A stretch of DNA of 64,000 bases, taken from a virus. Each line of letters begins with the position of its first letter. Positions within the stretch are counted from its first letter, which is position 1. The position numbers and the translations under genes are program-made. The stretch lies in IMG/VR virus record IMGVR_UViG_3300022918_000011, positions 18,689-82,688 of that record; one strand, written 5' to 3'. The notes beneath the pieces are model-generated. The model searched no databases and was not told the origin of the DNA. It worked only from the letters and a program-made list of their open reading frames with translations. Shown here piece by piece: positions 52,741 to 62,560 of this stretch.

Positions 52741-53147
52741 TTTACGATTTCAGCTACCTGAGCTTCGGTCTTTTCTTTGTAGTTCTCGCGGTTCATCGAA
52801 ACGTTCTGGATGAACTGTTTCAGATCCTTGAAGCGCGGGTCAGCCAGGTACTTCTCGCCGATCTTCGGCGTGTACTTGAGTTCCTTGCCGGCGGCGGTCA
52901 TGTCGGACCAGTCCAGCAGGACGTGCTGGGTCAGTACCTTCAGCTGGATCTCGTCGCTCTTGGCATCGGAAGCTTCGGTGCCGGCCTGCAGAATTTCGAG
53001 GTTCGCCATGGCGAGTTCGTTCTGGAGGGTCTGGGCTTTGTCGTTGTTCGAACGAGCAACGAGGAATTTTGCGCCGGAATACGAAACCCAGGTGCCTTTC
53101 TCAGCTTTAACCGGGTCGATGGCGAGAGATTCAATATCAAGAGACAT
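52722..53147 (-). CDS. tail assembly chaperone G
   Basis: AAGGA RBS; position between tail tube and TMP; VLLDW motif. Confidence 0.8.
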   Translation of the reverse strand: MSLDIESLAIDPVKAEKGTWVSYSGAKFLVARSNNDKAQTLQNELAMANLEILQAGTEASDAKSDEIQLKVLTQHVLLDWSDMTAAGKELKYTPKIGEKYLADPRFKDLKQFIQNVSMNRENYKEKTEAQVAEIVKPTAVS

Positions 53148-53217
53148 GGTGTAATCCTTTGCGGAAGGGGATTTGTCAGCAACTGCTGGCGAAGCGGAGT
53201 ATGCCATGCAGTTACAC

Positions 53218-53249
53218 AAAGAAAAAGGCCCGACATCTCTGTCGGGCCT
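53218..53249 (-). terminator. intrinsic terminator after tail tube gene
   Basis: AGGCCCGACA-GAGA-TGTCGGGCCT-TTTTCTTT on the - strand. Confidence 0.85.
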
Positions 53250-53279
53250 CTCCCTTCCCACCGCTCTGTTACATCACGC

Positions 53280-54320
53280 TTACGGCGTGGTTTTTTCTAC
53301 GTAGACGATTGCGATTGCGCAGGTCACGTTCTCACCGCCGATTACCGCGACGCCTTCTTCGGCAGCCATGGTGATCGAGCTCATGTAGTCCGCGTTCTCG
53401 CCTTGGGCGTTAGCCGTCGGAGCCTGAGCCATCAGGTTTGGCAGGTAGATAGTGAAGGTGCCTTCACGGGTGTCGATGACCAACGAAGCCTTCACACGCT
53501 TGTTGTTCATGTGAACGTCGAGGATGGTCTGGTCGTAGAAGTACATGTCGCCGGACAGCTGCACAGCAACCTTGCCCATGCCGATACCGGAGGCGAACAC
53601 TGCGCCCAGGCCGTTCTGCTCACGCGCGTTGTTCTGCACCTGGATCTGGGCGCTGGCGAAGGTCACTTCCAGCGGCAGGCCAGTGTCGTCGGTGACGATC
53701 AGGCTTTGCAGGTTGTTCGAGCTGTCAGCGATCTCGTAAGCAGGTGGCTCAACCTTGCTGGTGGCCACGCTGCCGCCCAGCTTGTTGGCACCGACCACGC
53801 CTTCAGCGGTGTCAGCGAACACACCGATGAAGTTGGCAGCCAAGGTGATCAGAGCAGCGTCGCCCAGATCGATGGTGCCGTCGTTCATGATGCAGCCGTA
53901 GTAGCGCTCGTGATACTGCTTGGCGGTGATAGCGCCGTCCGGGCGGATGGTCTTCTCGACGAACATGTACTTCTTGATGTCGCCGTCAGCCAGGTACTGG
54001 CCCGCGTCAGCATCGTCGGTATCGACCGGCTTCCAGTTGTTCATCAGCATCAGTTCGAGGAAGTCGAGGGTGAAGTCGACGGCGCCGAACTCGATGGTCG
54101 CTGCGCCGGCTGCCGAACCACGGGTGTTCTTCGAGCCGGAGGTGCGGCGGGTGCCGCGAATGGCGGTGGACAGCACGCCTTCCTTGGACATACTGAAACC
54201 TTCCGTGGTGAACGGAAGATATTCAAGCGCCAGGGGGGTGGCCAGCTCACTTGCCTTGGATGCGTCGCTCAGGGCATACGCCAGAGAGACAGCTGATGTA
54301 TCCGAGAACGAACGAATCAT
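53280..54320 (-). CDS. major tail tube protein
   Basis: 346 aa, beta-rich, position upstream of chaperones and TMP, followed by terminator. Confidence 0.85.
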   Translation of the reverse strand: MIRSFSDTSAVSLAYALSDASKASELATPLALEYLPFTTEGFSMSKEGVLSTAIRGTRRTSGSKNTRGSAAGAATIEFGAVDFTLDFLELMLMNNWKPVDTDDADAGQYLADGDIKKYMFVEKTIRPDGAITAKQYHERYYGCIMNDGTIDLGDAALITLAANFIGVFADTAEGVVGANKLGGSVATSKVEPPAYEIADSSNNLQSLIVTDDTGLPLEVTFASAQIQVQNNAREQNGLGAVFASGIGMGKVAVQLSGDMYFYDQTILDVHMNNKRVKASLVIDTREGTFTIYLPNLMAQAPTANAQGENADYMSSITMAAEEGVAVIGGENVTCAIAIVYVEKTTP

Positions 54321-54769
54321 ATCGGTAATCCTTTGGGTTGTGTTTCAAAGTCGAAGCTTAACACGCCGCTATAAGCCATAAAGCCCATCACCCGCGCGGT
54401 ACTGAGTGGTAGCCAGGTTCGAAACCGGATGTCCTTCAGCGTCTTCTCCGCAAACCACGCAGATAATACTTCCAAACGCCGCTTTTGGGTTATATCCGAT
54501 TTCGAATTTTTGGTGTGCAGCGTGATCGTCAGCGAGCCCCACGCGCGGCCAGGCGAAACTCGGCTTGGGCCGGCGCGGCGAGTGGTGTCGATCTCTGCTT
54601 CGAACAGAACAAAGTCGAGGTTCTGGTCGAACATGGAATTCTGGACATGGCCGCTGGCATCGCGGCCTGAGTGGTACTCGAATCCGAACAGCAGATCAGC
54701 CGGGGCGTTCTCAAAGACGATGTCCTGGATGCGCGACAGCGACTCAACTGTGTCAATCAGCACTGTCAT
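54317..54769 (-). CDS. putative tail terminator
   Basis: Size and synteny. Confidence 0.6.
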   Translation of the reverse strand: MTVLIDTVESLSRIQDIVFENAPADLLFGFEYHSGRDASGHVQNSMFDQNLDFVLFEAEIDTTRRAGPSRVSPGRAWGSLTITLHTKNSKSDITQKRRLEVLSAWFAEKTLKDIRFRTWLPLSTARVMGFMAYSGVLSFDFETQPKGLPI

Positions 54770-55287
54770 CTCAGCGGTACCTTCCGTGTGTTCTCAAGGG
54801 CGATCTGCTTCTCGGCTTCTTTGATGACTTCAGCCACCCCAACTTCGCCGGCGTGATCGATGCCAGCCCGCGCGCTGTACGCCTCGACTTCGCCGACGGC
54901 GTTGTAGAGGTAGAACCTGAACTCCGGTCGGCGGCCGGACACCAGCTGGTTGATGACCTCGTTCAGTTCCTTCTGCGACACGAACTTCACCGTGGCAGCT
55001 GCATTCTTTCCTTCGTCGTGGCGGTAGCCTACCGGCGCCATGGGCGCACGGTTCACGCCGCCGCGCAGATACGTCAGCCTGCCGAGCTTTCGTTGCCACG
55101 GGCGACTGCTGCGGCCGTCGGCACCGGCAATCAGCCAGTGAGCGGCAGCCTGCGAGGAGTCGTGCTTCGTGGCCTTGACGGCAGCCTCGATCCCGCGCAG
55201 CAGCGCAGTCCGGATCGCGCGCACGAACAGCTGACCAACATAGTTGCTCATCGCCTCGCACTCGGCACTGCCAGTTCGGTTGGCCAT
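54766..55287 (-). CDS. putative tail completion / neck protein
   Basis: HDSSQAAAHW motif resembling HK97 gp10-like proteins; synteny. Confidence 0.55.
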   Translation of the reverse strand: MANRTGSAECEAMSNYVGQLFVRAIRTALLRGIEAAVKATKHDSSQAAAHWLIAGADGRSSRPWQRKLGRLTYLRGGVNRAPMAPVGYRHDEGKNAAATVKFVSQKELNEVINQLVSGRRPEFRFYLYNAVGEVEAYSARAGIDHAGEVGVAEVIKEAEKQIALENTRKVPLR

Positions 55288-56192
55288 CAGTTACACCTCA
55301 GAATCCACTGGCGTGTGCCAGCCTGGGTGCTGACGTGGCGGATGACCCGGCTGCGGCCGTTGTACACCAGGCTCATCACGTTCGGCAGCGGCTCGAACCC
55401 TATGTTCTTCTCCTCGAAGTACACGTCGATGTAGTCCTCGGCCTCGCTGCTCCACAGGGCAAAGCCCTCTTGGCGCACCATGACCCCGGTCACTTCATAC
55501 CGGCGCGGAGAGTCGATCCATTCCTTCAGCGTCCGGTCATAGACCGAGTTGCCCTGCACGTCCAGGTAGAAGTTGATGCGCGTGTCGCGCTCCTCATCCA
55601 CCCGGCCGCTGGTGAAGCCGCTGTCCACGAAGGCGTCTACCAAGCGGTACCGCTTGCCCTTGAGCTCCATGTAATCCCACGCCTTCAGCTCAAGCGTGAG
55701 CGGGGCATAGATCAGGAAGTTCTCGATCTTCAGGTCTTCTGAGTCGTTCTCGTCCGAGCTGTTGCGAAACTCGATGTCCGTGAAAGCCTTGGCCAACTGT
55801 GTGTCCACCAGCCAGCCTGGATCATCAGCTGGGCCGAGCGCCACCTTGCGGGTGTACGTGCCCAGACCCGATGCGCCACCTGGTACGTCGGTGGCCAGCT
55901 GCAGGATGGTCATGTTGACGTAGGCTTTGCCAGCACGGGCGTCCTGCCGGGTGCTGCCAATGATGTAGACGTCCTTGGTGTCCGGGTGCCGAATGGTCAG
56001 GCTATCCGGGAACACTGTCAGGTTGTCGGAGAACAGCATCCGGCGCCTGGTAGGCTTGTTGAAGTTGCTGAGGAACCTGTCCATCAAGTCGATGCGCGCG
56101 CGTAAAGCGTCCGGCACCCAGGTCTCTGTGACCGGGTCCCAGGCTTCGATAGGCTCGTTGGCCCAGTTCAGCGCGATGCGTTTGAGGAACAT
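55287..56192 (-). CDS. putative head closure / virion structural protein
   Basis: Synteny; overlapping stop/start codons. Confidence 0.6.
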   Translation of the reverse strand: MFLKRIALNWANEPIEAWDPVTETWVPDALRARIDLMDRFLSNFNKPTRRRMLFSDNLTVFPDSLTIRHPDTKDVYIIGSTRQDARAGKAYVNMTILQLATDVPGGASGLGTYTRKVALGPADDPGWLVDTQLAKAFTDIEFRNSSDENDSEDLKIENFLIYAPLTLELKAWDYMELKGKRYRLVDAFVDSGFTSGRVDEERDTRINFYLDVQGNSVYDRTLKEWIDSPRRYEVTGVMVRQEGFALWSSEAEDYIDVYFEEKNIGFEPLPNVMSLVYNGRSRVIRHVSTQAGTRQWILRCN

Positions 56193-56662
56193 TAGATGGC
56201 TGCTCTCGGCTCGGTGATTGGGTCACGCTCGGGGATCACCCGGGTCATGAGGCGGAACGGTGCCACTGCTACCGGCGTCAGGTCCAGATCATCGAGGATC
56301 AGGTTGATGTAGCCGTTGGCCTTGTTGAGCAGGGCAGGGGCCATCCAGAGGAAGCCGTCCTTGTCGGAACGCTGACCTTCGTTGGAGCCGTCAGCGATCT
56401 TCTTGAGAATGAATGTCTGCGCCGTCACCGCGAGGGTGGCAGCGCAGAAATACTTGGCGAACAGTTTGATCCGTCGGCCGTTCGGTGAGTCCAGCGGAAT
56501 CTGCGTCCACACCGGGTCAAGCGCTTTCAATGCCAGGTCCAAGGCCGCACCAAGATCATCCTCGATGCCGAAGCCGTCGATGATCTCATCGGGCAGGTCT
56601 GTTTCGCTGACCGTCAGGACAGCGCGGATCTGCGCGGTGGTGGTGAGGCCGAGGTAGTCCAT
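56192..56662 (-). CDS. putative head-tail adaptor
   Basis: TTTAQIRAVL.V...LPD start, helical; synteny. Confidence 0.6.
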   Translation of the reverse strand: MDYLGLTTTAQIRAVLTVSETDLPDEIIDGFGIEDDLGAALDLALKALDPVWTQIPLDSPNGRRIKLFAKYFCAATLAVTAQTFILKKIADGSNEGQRSDKDGFLWMAPALLNKANGYINLILDDLDLTPVAVAPFRLMTRVIPERDPITEPRAAI

Positions 56663-56664
56663 GG

Positions 56665-57243
56665 TCAGTCCTTCACTTCAACGAGGATCTTGGCGTTCAG
56701 CTGATTGCGCAGCCAGCCGTCATACTTCAGCTCGCTGGTATCGCCAGAACCGATCCACAGGCCGGTCGAATACTGGCGCTGAGCCTGGCTGCTGACGTTC
56801 TTGACCAGCACCAAGCTGCCCTTCTTGTGGCCTTCTTCCTTCGTCGCTTCAGACGCTTTCAGAGCCGCATCGGCTTTCAGGTCGTCTTCGGCCTTCAAGT
56901 CTGCCAGGCGTTTGATCTCAGCCTGTTCGGCCAGAGCGGCTTCTTCAGCTTCCTTCAGGGCAGCGTCGGAATTTTCTTCCGCGTCGCGCGACAGGGGTGC
57001 TTCCGGTGCCGGTTGAACAGGCAGTTCTTCGACTGGTCTTTCTTCAGCCAGGTTCTCGTCTGCATCAGGCGAGAGAGGGGCAGCTGCCGGAGCAGGCGCC
57101 GAATTATTGTCGCCAGTATTGATGGCGTTGCCTTCACCGTCGACTTCGACGGTCGGCTGTACAGCCAGCTCACCGGTAGGGGCTGGGATGGTGCTTGCTG
57201 CAGGTTCTGCCGTTCTGGCAGTAGTGCGTTTTTGGAGAGCCAT
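56665..57243 (-). CDS. hypothetical protein, Pro/Glu/Ala-rich
   Basis: GAGGT RBS; follows capsid terminator. Confidence 0.7.
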   Translation of the reverse strand: MALQKRTTARTAEPAASTIPAPTGELAVQPTVEVDGEGNAINTGDNNSAPAPAAAPLSPDADENLAEERPVEELPVQPAPEAPLSRDAEENSDAALKEAEEAALAEQAEIKRLADLKAEDDLKADAALKASEATKEEGHKKGSLVLVKNVSSQAQRQYSTGLWIGSGDTSELKYDGWLRNQLNAKILVEVKD

Positions 57244-57271
57244 GATAGAAACCTCTGAATCCGCGATGGAC

Positions 57272-57300
57272 AAAATCCGGCCCCTCTCGGGGCCGGATTT
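57272..57300 (-). terminator. intrinsic terminator after capsid gene
   Basis: AAATCCGGCCCC-GAGA-GGGGCCGGATTTT on the - strand. Confidence 0.85.
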
Positions 57301-57308
57301 CCTGCTGC

Positions 57309-58487
57309 TTAGACTTCCAGGCTGAGAACAGACCAGGCGTCATCGTTCAAGCGAGTAGCCATCTCGCCATAGTCAACGCGGAACGCGGTGGCCTTACGCA
57401 TCACGTACTCTTCGATCGCGTCGTAGGCAGCCGACACGTTGACGAAGCGCTGTACTGCGTAGCGAGTGTCCAGGCCAACGATGATGTTCGCACCGAACAC
57501 GTCGGTGTCGAAAGGCACATAGTCAGGCTGGGTCAGGTTCAAGTTCAGGCCGCCCCATGGGGTAGCGATCTTCGAACCGTTCGGGCCACCGACAGTAGGC
57601 GTCAGCGCTTCATCCAGAACGAACGCGGTGTCGATGTCGCCCAACGCCATGTTCAGGTTGAAGCGGTTGTGCTTGCTGTACAGCCACTTGATGTAAGCCT
57701 TCTTGGTGATCTGGCCATCGGCCGTGATCGTGCTGTCGAAGGACGCTGCGGTGACTTGCGGCAGTGCAGCCAGGTCTTGGTCAACATCACCCAGAACCAT
57801 TGCGCGCAGCTGCTCACCGACACGGGCGATCTTGTCGCCGCGGGCCTGGGCTTCCATCACTACACGAACCAGGTCGATAGTGGTGGCTTCCATGGCTTCG
57901 TCGGAGATCATAAGACCGATCGAGTTGGTAGGGATGCGGTACGATTTCTGACCAGTAGTGATACTGATCATGGTCGCAGGCTCTGCCAACTGAGCGATGC
58001 GGCCGCTGCGGCTACCTTCAGGACCACGAGTGTCGATGATCGGCTGCTCGGCTTTGGTGCCGATGATGTTTCGGCTGACCGAGATCATCTTTTCCCAGAT
58101 GGCCAGAATGTCGCTGCCGTCGTCGGTGTGAGCGTTGGCTTGGAGAGTTTCCAAGATCACCTGTGGGTACAGGAGACGCGCGCCCAGGCTGTTGTCTGAA
58201 CTATCCGGCTTACGGAAACCGTCAGCCAGGGTCATGCCCGACATTTCCTTCATGGTCAGGGCAGGGCCGTGACCTTGACGACCGTCCAGCAGGGCAGCCT
58301 GGGACATCATCTGGTCGATGACATCACCTTGGGAGGCGTCGAAGTCCGGCGCGATACGGCGCATGTACTGACGCAGATCCATCTTGGCGTCGGCAGCGTG
58401 CTTGTACACGTTGACACCAACCTCGATCTCTTTCAGCTCGGACTTACCGGTTGCAGCATTCACTGCGTAATATTTCAACTTGAACAT
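57309..58487 (-). CDS. major capsid protein
   Basis: 392 aa after protease/decoration genes, followed by terminator; IAQLAEP...GLMISDEA pattern of HK97-fold capsids. Confidence 0.85.
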   Translation of the reverse strand: MFKLKYYAVNAATGKSELKEIEVGVNVYKHAADAKMDLRQYMRRIAPDFDASQGDVIDQMMSQAALLDGRQGHGPALTMKEMSGMTLADGFRKPDSSDNSLGARLLYPQVILETLQANAHTDDGSDILAIWEKMISVSRNIIGTKAEQPIIDTRGPEGSRSGRIAQLAEPATMISITTGQKSYRIPTNSIGLMISDEAMEATTIDLVRVVMEAQARGDKIARVGEQLRAMVLGDVDQDLAALPQVTAASFDSTITADGQITKKAYIKWLYSKHNRFNLNMALGDIDTAFVLDEALTPTVGGPNGSKIATPWGGLNLNLTQPDYVPFDTDVFGANIIVGLDTRYAVQRFVNVSAAYDAIEEYVMRKATAFRVDYGEMATRLNDDAWSVLSLEV

Positions 58488-58530
58488 GATTTCAGTCCCT
58501 TAACTGGTGGAGGTCGCTAAGCCGCAGGGC

Positions 58531-58977
58531 TTAGCAGCGCTCGATGAGAACGGTGGTGCCAACAGCGCCAGCGCTGAACAGGCGGATCACCCGGTATTTG
58601 TAGACAGCGCCGACACCGGCCTTGACTACAGGCAGGCTCTTGGTGCCGAGGGCACCCTGAACACCTGCAACAACCTGAGCGCCGACGGTCAGAGCAGTAG
58701 CACCGCCCACCTTGGCTTCGAAACGGCAAGCCGGATCAGGGTGAGCAACACCGCCGAACGAGAAACCACCAGAGGTAGCGTCTTCGATGGAGTCGACGAA
58801 ACCGTCGATGTCATCGCCATCCGCCACAGGAACGTAGTTGCTCACAGGACCCAGTTTCACCACTTTGCCGATGTCGGCCATGGTGAACTTGGCTGCAGCG
58901 GACACGCCGAGCTTCGCGGAAATAACGTTCAGCCGCTCAGGGCTGTGAGTCAGAGTTGTGAATACAAAATCAGCCAT
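58531..58977 (-). CDS. putative head decoration protein
   Basis: 148 aa Gly/Val-rich, between scaffold and capsid. Confidence 0.65.
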   Translation of the reverse strand: MADFVFTTLTHSPERLNVISAKLGVSAAAKFTMADIGKVVKLGPVSNYVPVADGDDIDGFVDSIEDATSGGFSFGGVAHPDPACRFEAKVGGATALTVGAQVVAGVQGALGTKSLPVVKAGVGAVYKYRVIRLFSAGAVGTTVLIERC

Positions 58978-58989
58978 GACGTAGGCTCC

Positions 58990-60459
58990 TTAGCGGCTAT
59001 GTTTAACAGGGGACTTGGCGCGGAAATCCGTGTTCGCCGAGGATCCCACTGTCGTGGTGTCTGCCAGAGGCGCAGTCTGCGACTTCTGGGAGGTTGGAAA
59101 CCGAACTGCCATCTCGCTATGCAGATCAGTAAACTGGGCCAGCACTTCTGCTGGGGTGCCCTTGGCTTCCAGAGGCTTCTGCAGGGCAACCTGCAGCTTC
59201 TGGACACCGTGCTGGGCAACGGTCATCAGCGCCTGGATGTTGGCTTCGGCGGTGGTGACGCGCGCTTCAGCGGCAACGACGGCAGCCTGGGCTGCTTCAA
59301 GCTGAGCTTCCAGCCGGCCGTTTGCCTTTAGGGCGTCACGGTAGTCTGACGCCAGAGTGCCAGGCACTTCAGGCTCAACGACCGGAGCTGCCGGATCAGC
59401 AGGCTTGTTGGCTTCTGCCAAGGCTGCTGCGGCAATAACTGCAGCTGCATCAGCGTCGTCTTTTTCGACGATAGCGTCAGTCAACTGCTTGGTGTAGTGG
59501 GCAAACTCAGCATCGTTCAGGACCGTTTTTGGATCGGCGCCTGCTACGATCTGAGCCATTTTCTCAGCAGAGATGTTCATCTCAAACCTCCGGGAATCGC
59601 TCGGGTTATTTGCGGTCGCGCCGCTTCCAATCAGATCGTCAAGGGTTGTGACCTTGTCGATCAGTCCTACCGACACTGCTTGCGCAGCGAAGAAGGTTTG
59701 CCCCTCAGCCCAGATGCCAACGTCGCTGATCATCAGGTTGCGGTTGACGGATACGTGGTCAAGAAAGAACTTGTTCGTATCGTCGATATTCTTTTGCAGG
59801 TAAGCCTGGTCAGACGCGGTCATCGCCTCGTAAGGGTTCCCGATAGCCTTGAACTTGCCTGCCTTGATGACGGTGAACTTAATGCCCATGGTGGCTTCGG
59901 TGTTGGCGTAGGTGCGGACCACCGCCATCGTGCCGATGCTGCCGACCTCTGCCATCTTGCTGCCAGAGACCTGACGGCAGCTGCACATCAGCCAGTACGC
60001 AGCGGACATCGCCGCCGAGTCGGTGTGGGCATCAACCTTCACGCCAGTGGCGCGAAGTTTTTTGATCGCGGTGGTCACCGTGTCCAGGCCGCGCACCGCG
60101 CCGCCACCGGAGTTGATGTCCAACAGAACCTTCTTGTTGCCGGACTCTGCGATGATCTGCAGCGCGTCCTTGATGGCTTCGTAGCTGGTGGACTCGCCCG
60201 GGAACCACATCTGCCAGCGGCTGTAAGTTGGCGTCAGCGAACCGTGAACCTTGAGGACGACCGTCTCACCAACCTTTTCAAGCAGGTACAGGCCAATGCG
60301 ATCTTCCTTCACGCCGAAGACAGCGTCCGTGCCGACGTACCCATTCTCTGGGTCGAACGGGCTGCGCGAGAACGCCTTCACGTCGAACTTGTATTGCTCC
60401 AAGAACTTGTCGAGGCGCATGTACGAGGCTTCGGAGCCCAACCAAACCGTATCAAACAT
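58990..60459 (-). CDS. S49-family prohead protease fused to scaffold-like C-terminus
   Basis: AAGGAG RBS; DINSGGG, AMSAAYW, VGSIG, GKFK; coiled-coil tail. Confidence 0.88.
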   Translation of the reverse strand: MFDTVWLGSEASYMRLDKFLEQYKFDVKAFSRSPFDPENGYVGTDAVFGVKEDRIGLYLLEKVGETVVLKVHGSLTPTYSRWQMWFPGESTSYEAIKDALQIIAESGNKKVLLDINSGGGAVRGLDTVTTAIKKLRATGVKVDAHTDSAAMSAAYWLMCSCRQVSGSKMAEVGSIGTMAVVRTYANTEATMGIKFTVIKAGKFKAIGNPYEAMTASDQAYLQKNIDDTNKFFLDHVSVNRNLMISDVGIWAEGQTFFAAQAVSVGLIDKVTTLDDLIGSGATANNPSDSRRFEMNISAEKMAQIVAGADPKTVLNDAEFAHYTKQLTDAIVEKDDADAAAVIAAAALAEANKPADPAAPVVEPEVPGTLASDYRDALKANGRLEAQLEAAQAAVVAAEARVTTAEANIQALMTVAQHGVQKLQVALQKPLEAKGTPAEVLAQFTDLHSEMAVRFPTSQKSQTAPLADTTTVGSSANTDFRAKSPVKHSR

Positions 60460-60469
60460 TGTGGTCTCC

Positions 60470-61948
60470 TTAGTTATCGTCACCGCCGGACTTGGCCGGG
60501 GTGTCTGGTGAGAGGGCGGCTTCGGCCGAACCGGCGCGGTTGGCTGCTGGATCGTTGGCAGCGGCAACCTTGGTTGCGAACCCGGTACCGGACAGCGGTA
60601 CGGTCATGCCCTGTGGGCGCATGCCGAGTTCGTAGCAGGCGTGTGCGTCGTTGATCACGCCAAGACTCAGCAGCTCCAGGACTCGCTTCTGCTTGGTAGC
60701 GACATACGCTTCCAACTCGGCTTCCGGGCGAAGGTCAATCGGCATGAACTCAAAGCTGACGTAGCCGTCAATGCCGTAGAGGCGACATGCCAGCGTCAGT
60801 GCGCGCGACATTACCTCTTCGACCGGAGGGCGGCAAGCTTGAACGACTTTCAGGTAAATCAGGGTCTCCGCGTTGGACAGTGCCTGGCTTCCGCCTGCAC
60901 GCAACCCGGAGACAGAAGCTGGGGTCTTCAGCGCGGCGCCGAGCAGGTTGCCCAGCGTCGACAACATGCCGGTGTAATCGGACTTGTTGCCGCCGGTGTC
61001 TTCTACCTTGAACGACACGCTGTCGAACGCGATGATCGCGTCTTCAGGTTCCAAGCCAGCGAGCTCAGAGATCATCTCGTCGCGCACGGTGGCGTAGATG
61101 GCAGCCATCTTCTCCGGGCTGGCGCGGGTCTTCTCGTCAGTAGCGGCGAGGACCTTGTCGGCGGCGATGGTCGCGATCAGGCGGCTGTGCCCGGTGCGGT
61201 TCAGCGCACGGTGCGTGTCTTCGAGGAAGCTGTTGAAGTTGATCGTGTGGGACAGGCCCGGGCGAAGCAGCGATACCGCGTAGGCTTCGTCAGGGTTTCG
61301 GTTGTGCTCGGCCATGAACACCGTTGGGATGTTCAGCTCGATCTTACCGGCGTCCTGCGTCGGGTACCGACCGCCTTGACCATCAGCTACCCACGCAATC
61401 GTGGAGTAGCCGATCGGTACCAGACGGTCAGGGCCGAACTGCTGATCCAGCACCAGCTCCTGGCCGCAGCCGCCCGAGGTGACCACGTCCATCTGCATCA
61501 TGGCCAACAGAGTCGACGCGCCTGGCTTGTCGTTGTAGCCCTTGCTGTAATCACTCACCGCGCTGATCTTGTCCATCAGCTGGTAGGCCAGCGTCATGAC
61601 TTCAATCGACATCGTGCCGGTCGCATCGTACCCGCCAATCCGCCAGCCCGCGCCGGTGGACAAAGCCACCATCGAGTTGGCAGCCGAGCTGAAGAGACCA
61701 TCTTCACGGATAAGCGTGCGGATGATGTCAGTGACGTCGGTTTTGGAGGCAACGTTGTTGATGGCGGAAGCGGTGTAGCGGGCCAGCGTATTCGTGATCG
61801 CCGCGCCTTTGTCCAGATCAGAGCCTGGTCGTTGAGCGCGGGCTTTGCCAGCCAGATTCTTCTTCGGCAAGATTACCCCAGAGTCGCCTGCGCCTACCGC
61901 TTTATAGCGGGAGCCGGGTTTATCAGGTTGGGGGGTCTTGGCTGCCAT
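60470..61948 (-). CDS. portal protein
   Basis: 492 aa between terminase and protease; helical. Confidence 0.8.
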   Translation of the reverse strand: MAAKTPQPDKPGSRYKAVGAGDSGVILPKKNLAGKARAQRPGSDLDKGAAITNTLARYTASAINNVASKTDVTDIIRTLIREDGLFSSAANSMVALSTGAGWRIGGYDATGTMSIEVMTLAYQLMDKISAVSDYSKGYNDKPGASTLLAMMQMDVVTSGGCGQELVLDQQFGPDRLVPIGYSTIAWVADGQGGRYPTQDAGKIELNIPTVFMAEHNRNPDEAYAVSLLRPGLSHTINFNSFLEDTHRALNRTGHSRLIATIAADKVLAATDEKTRASPEKMAAIYATVRDEMISELAGLEPEDAIIAFDSVSFKVEDTGGNKSDYTGMLSTLGNLLGAALKTPASVSGLRAGGSQALSNAETLIYLKVVQACRPPVEEVMSRALTLACRLYGIDGYVSFEFMPIDLRPEAELEAYVATKQKRVLELLSLGVINDAHACYELGMRPQGMTVPLSGTGFATKVAAANDPAANRAGSAEAALSPDTPAKSGGDDN

Positions 61949-62085
61949 TCGGCTAAATATCTACTGGGTGGCGAATGCAGCAGATTCTAGGGGTCTAAGG
62001 TACTGATTTGCAAATTATAACTGGATCTTTCCGGGGCACTAGAACACCCTACATTGACATTCCGCTGCACCTACAGAGGTTTCCC

Positions 62086-62559
62086 ATGGAAGACAAAAAT
62101 CAGGCTCAGTCGGCCTTGATCACAGACGACGGTACTAACTGGCCACCTCTGGTGCTGATCGGCATCGTGGCGTGCTTCGTGCTGTCAGCGTTCGCCTACT
62201 GGTTCCACTCCAAGCCCGGATCGGACCACTACCAGGATGAGGTCCGGGAAGCGATCTGGACTACGTATGCCGTCGGCAACCCGTACACCTACGTGCTGCT
62301 GAACATGCGACAGAGTTTGCAGGACCCGCTGGTGGTGTGTGGACGGATCAACTACGAGAAGACCCTGAACGGCGGGTGGACCGGGTTCACGGATTTCTAC
62401 ATGGACAAGGGTGTGGTTTACATCGCGCCTATCGGCGGCCGGTACGAGAAGACGTTCCGGGAATTGTGCATTGCTACACCTGACACCTCGGATAAGCCTG
62501 CAGGACCAGCTGTAATTGAACTGGTCCTGCCGACGAAACCCGAAGTGAAGATCAAGTAG
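62086..62559 (+). CDS. membrane-anchored periplasmic protein inserted antisense in the head operon
   Basis: GAGGT RBS; TM segment; VCGRIN...GGWTGF..F motif. Confidence 0.7.
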   Translation: MEDKNQAQSALITDDGTNWPPLVLIGIVACFVLSAFAYWFHSKPGSDHYQDEVREAIWTTYAVGNPYTYVLLNMRQSLQDPLVVCGRINYEKTLNGGWTGFTDFYMDKGVVYIAPIGGRYEKTFRELCIATPDTSDKPAGPAVIELVLPTKPEVKIK

Positions 62560-62560
62560 C

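Noticed and set aside
52923-61990. Long + strand ORFs opposite tail tube, protease and portal (457, 385 and 449 aa)
   Set aside because: Same antisense-shadow artefact
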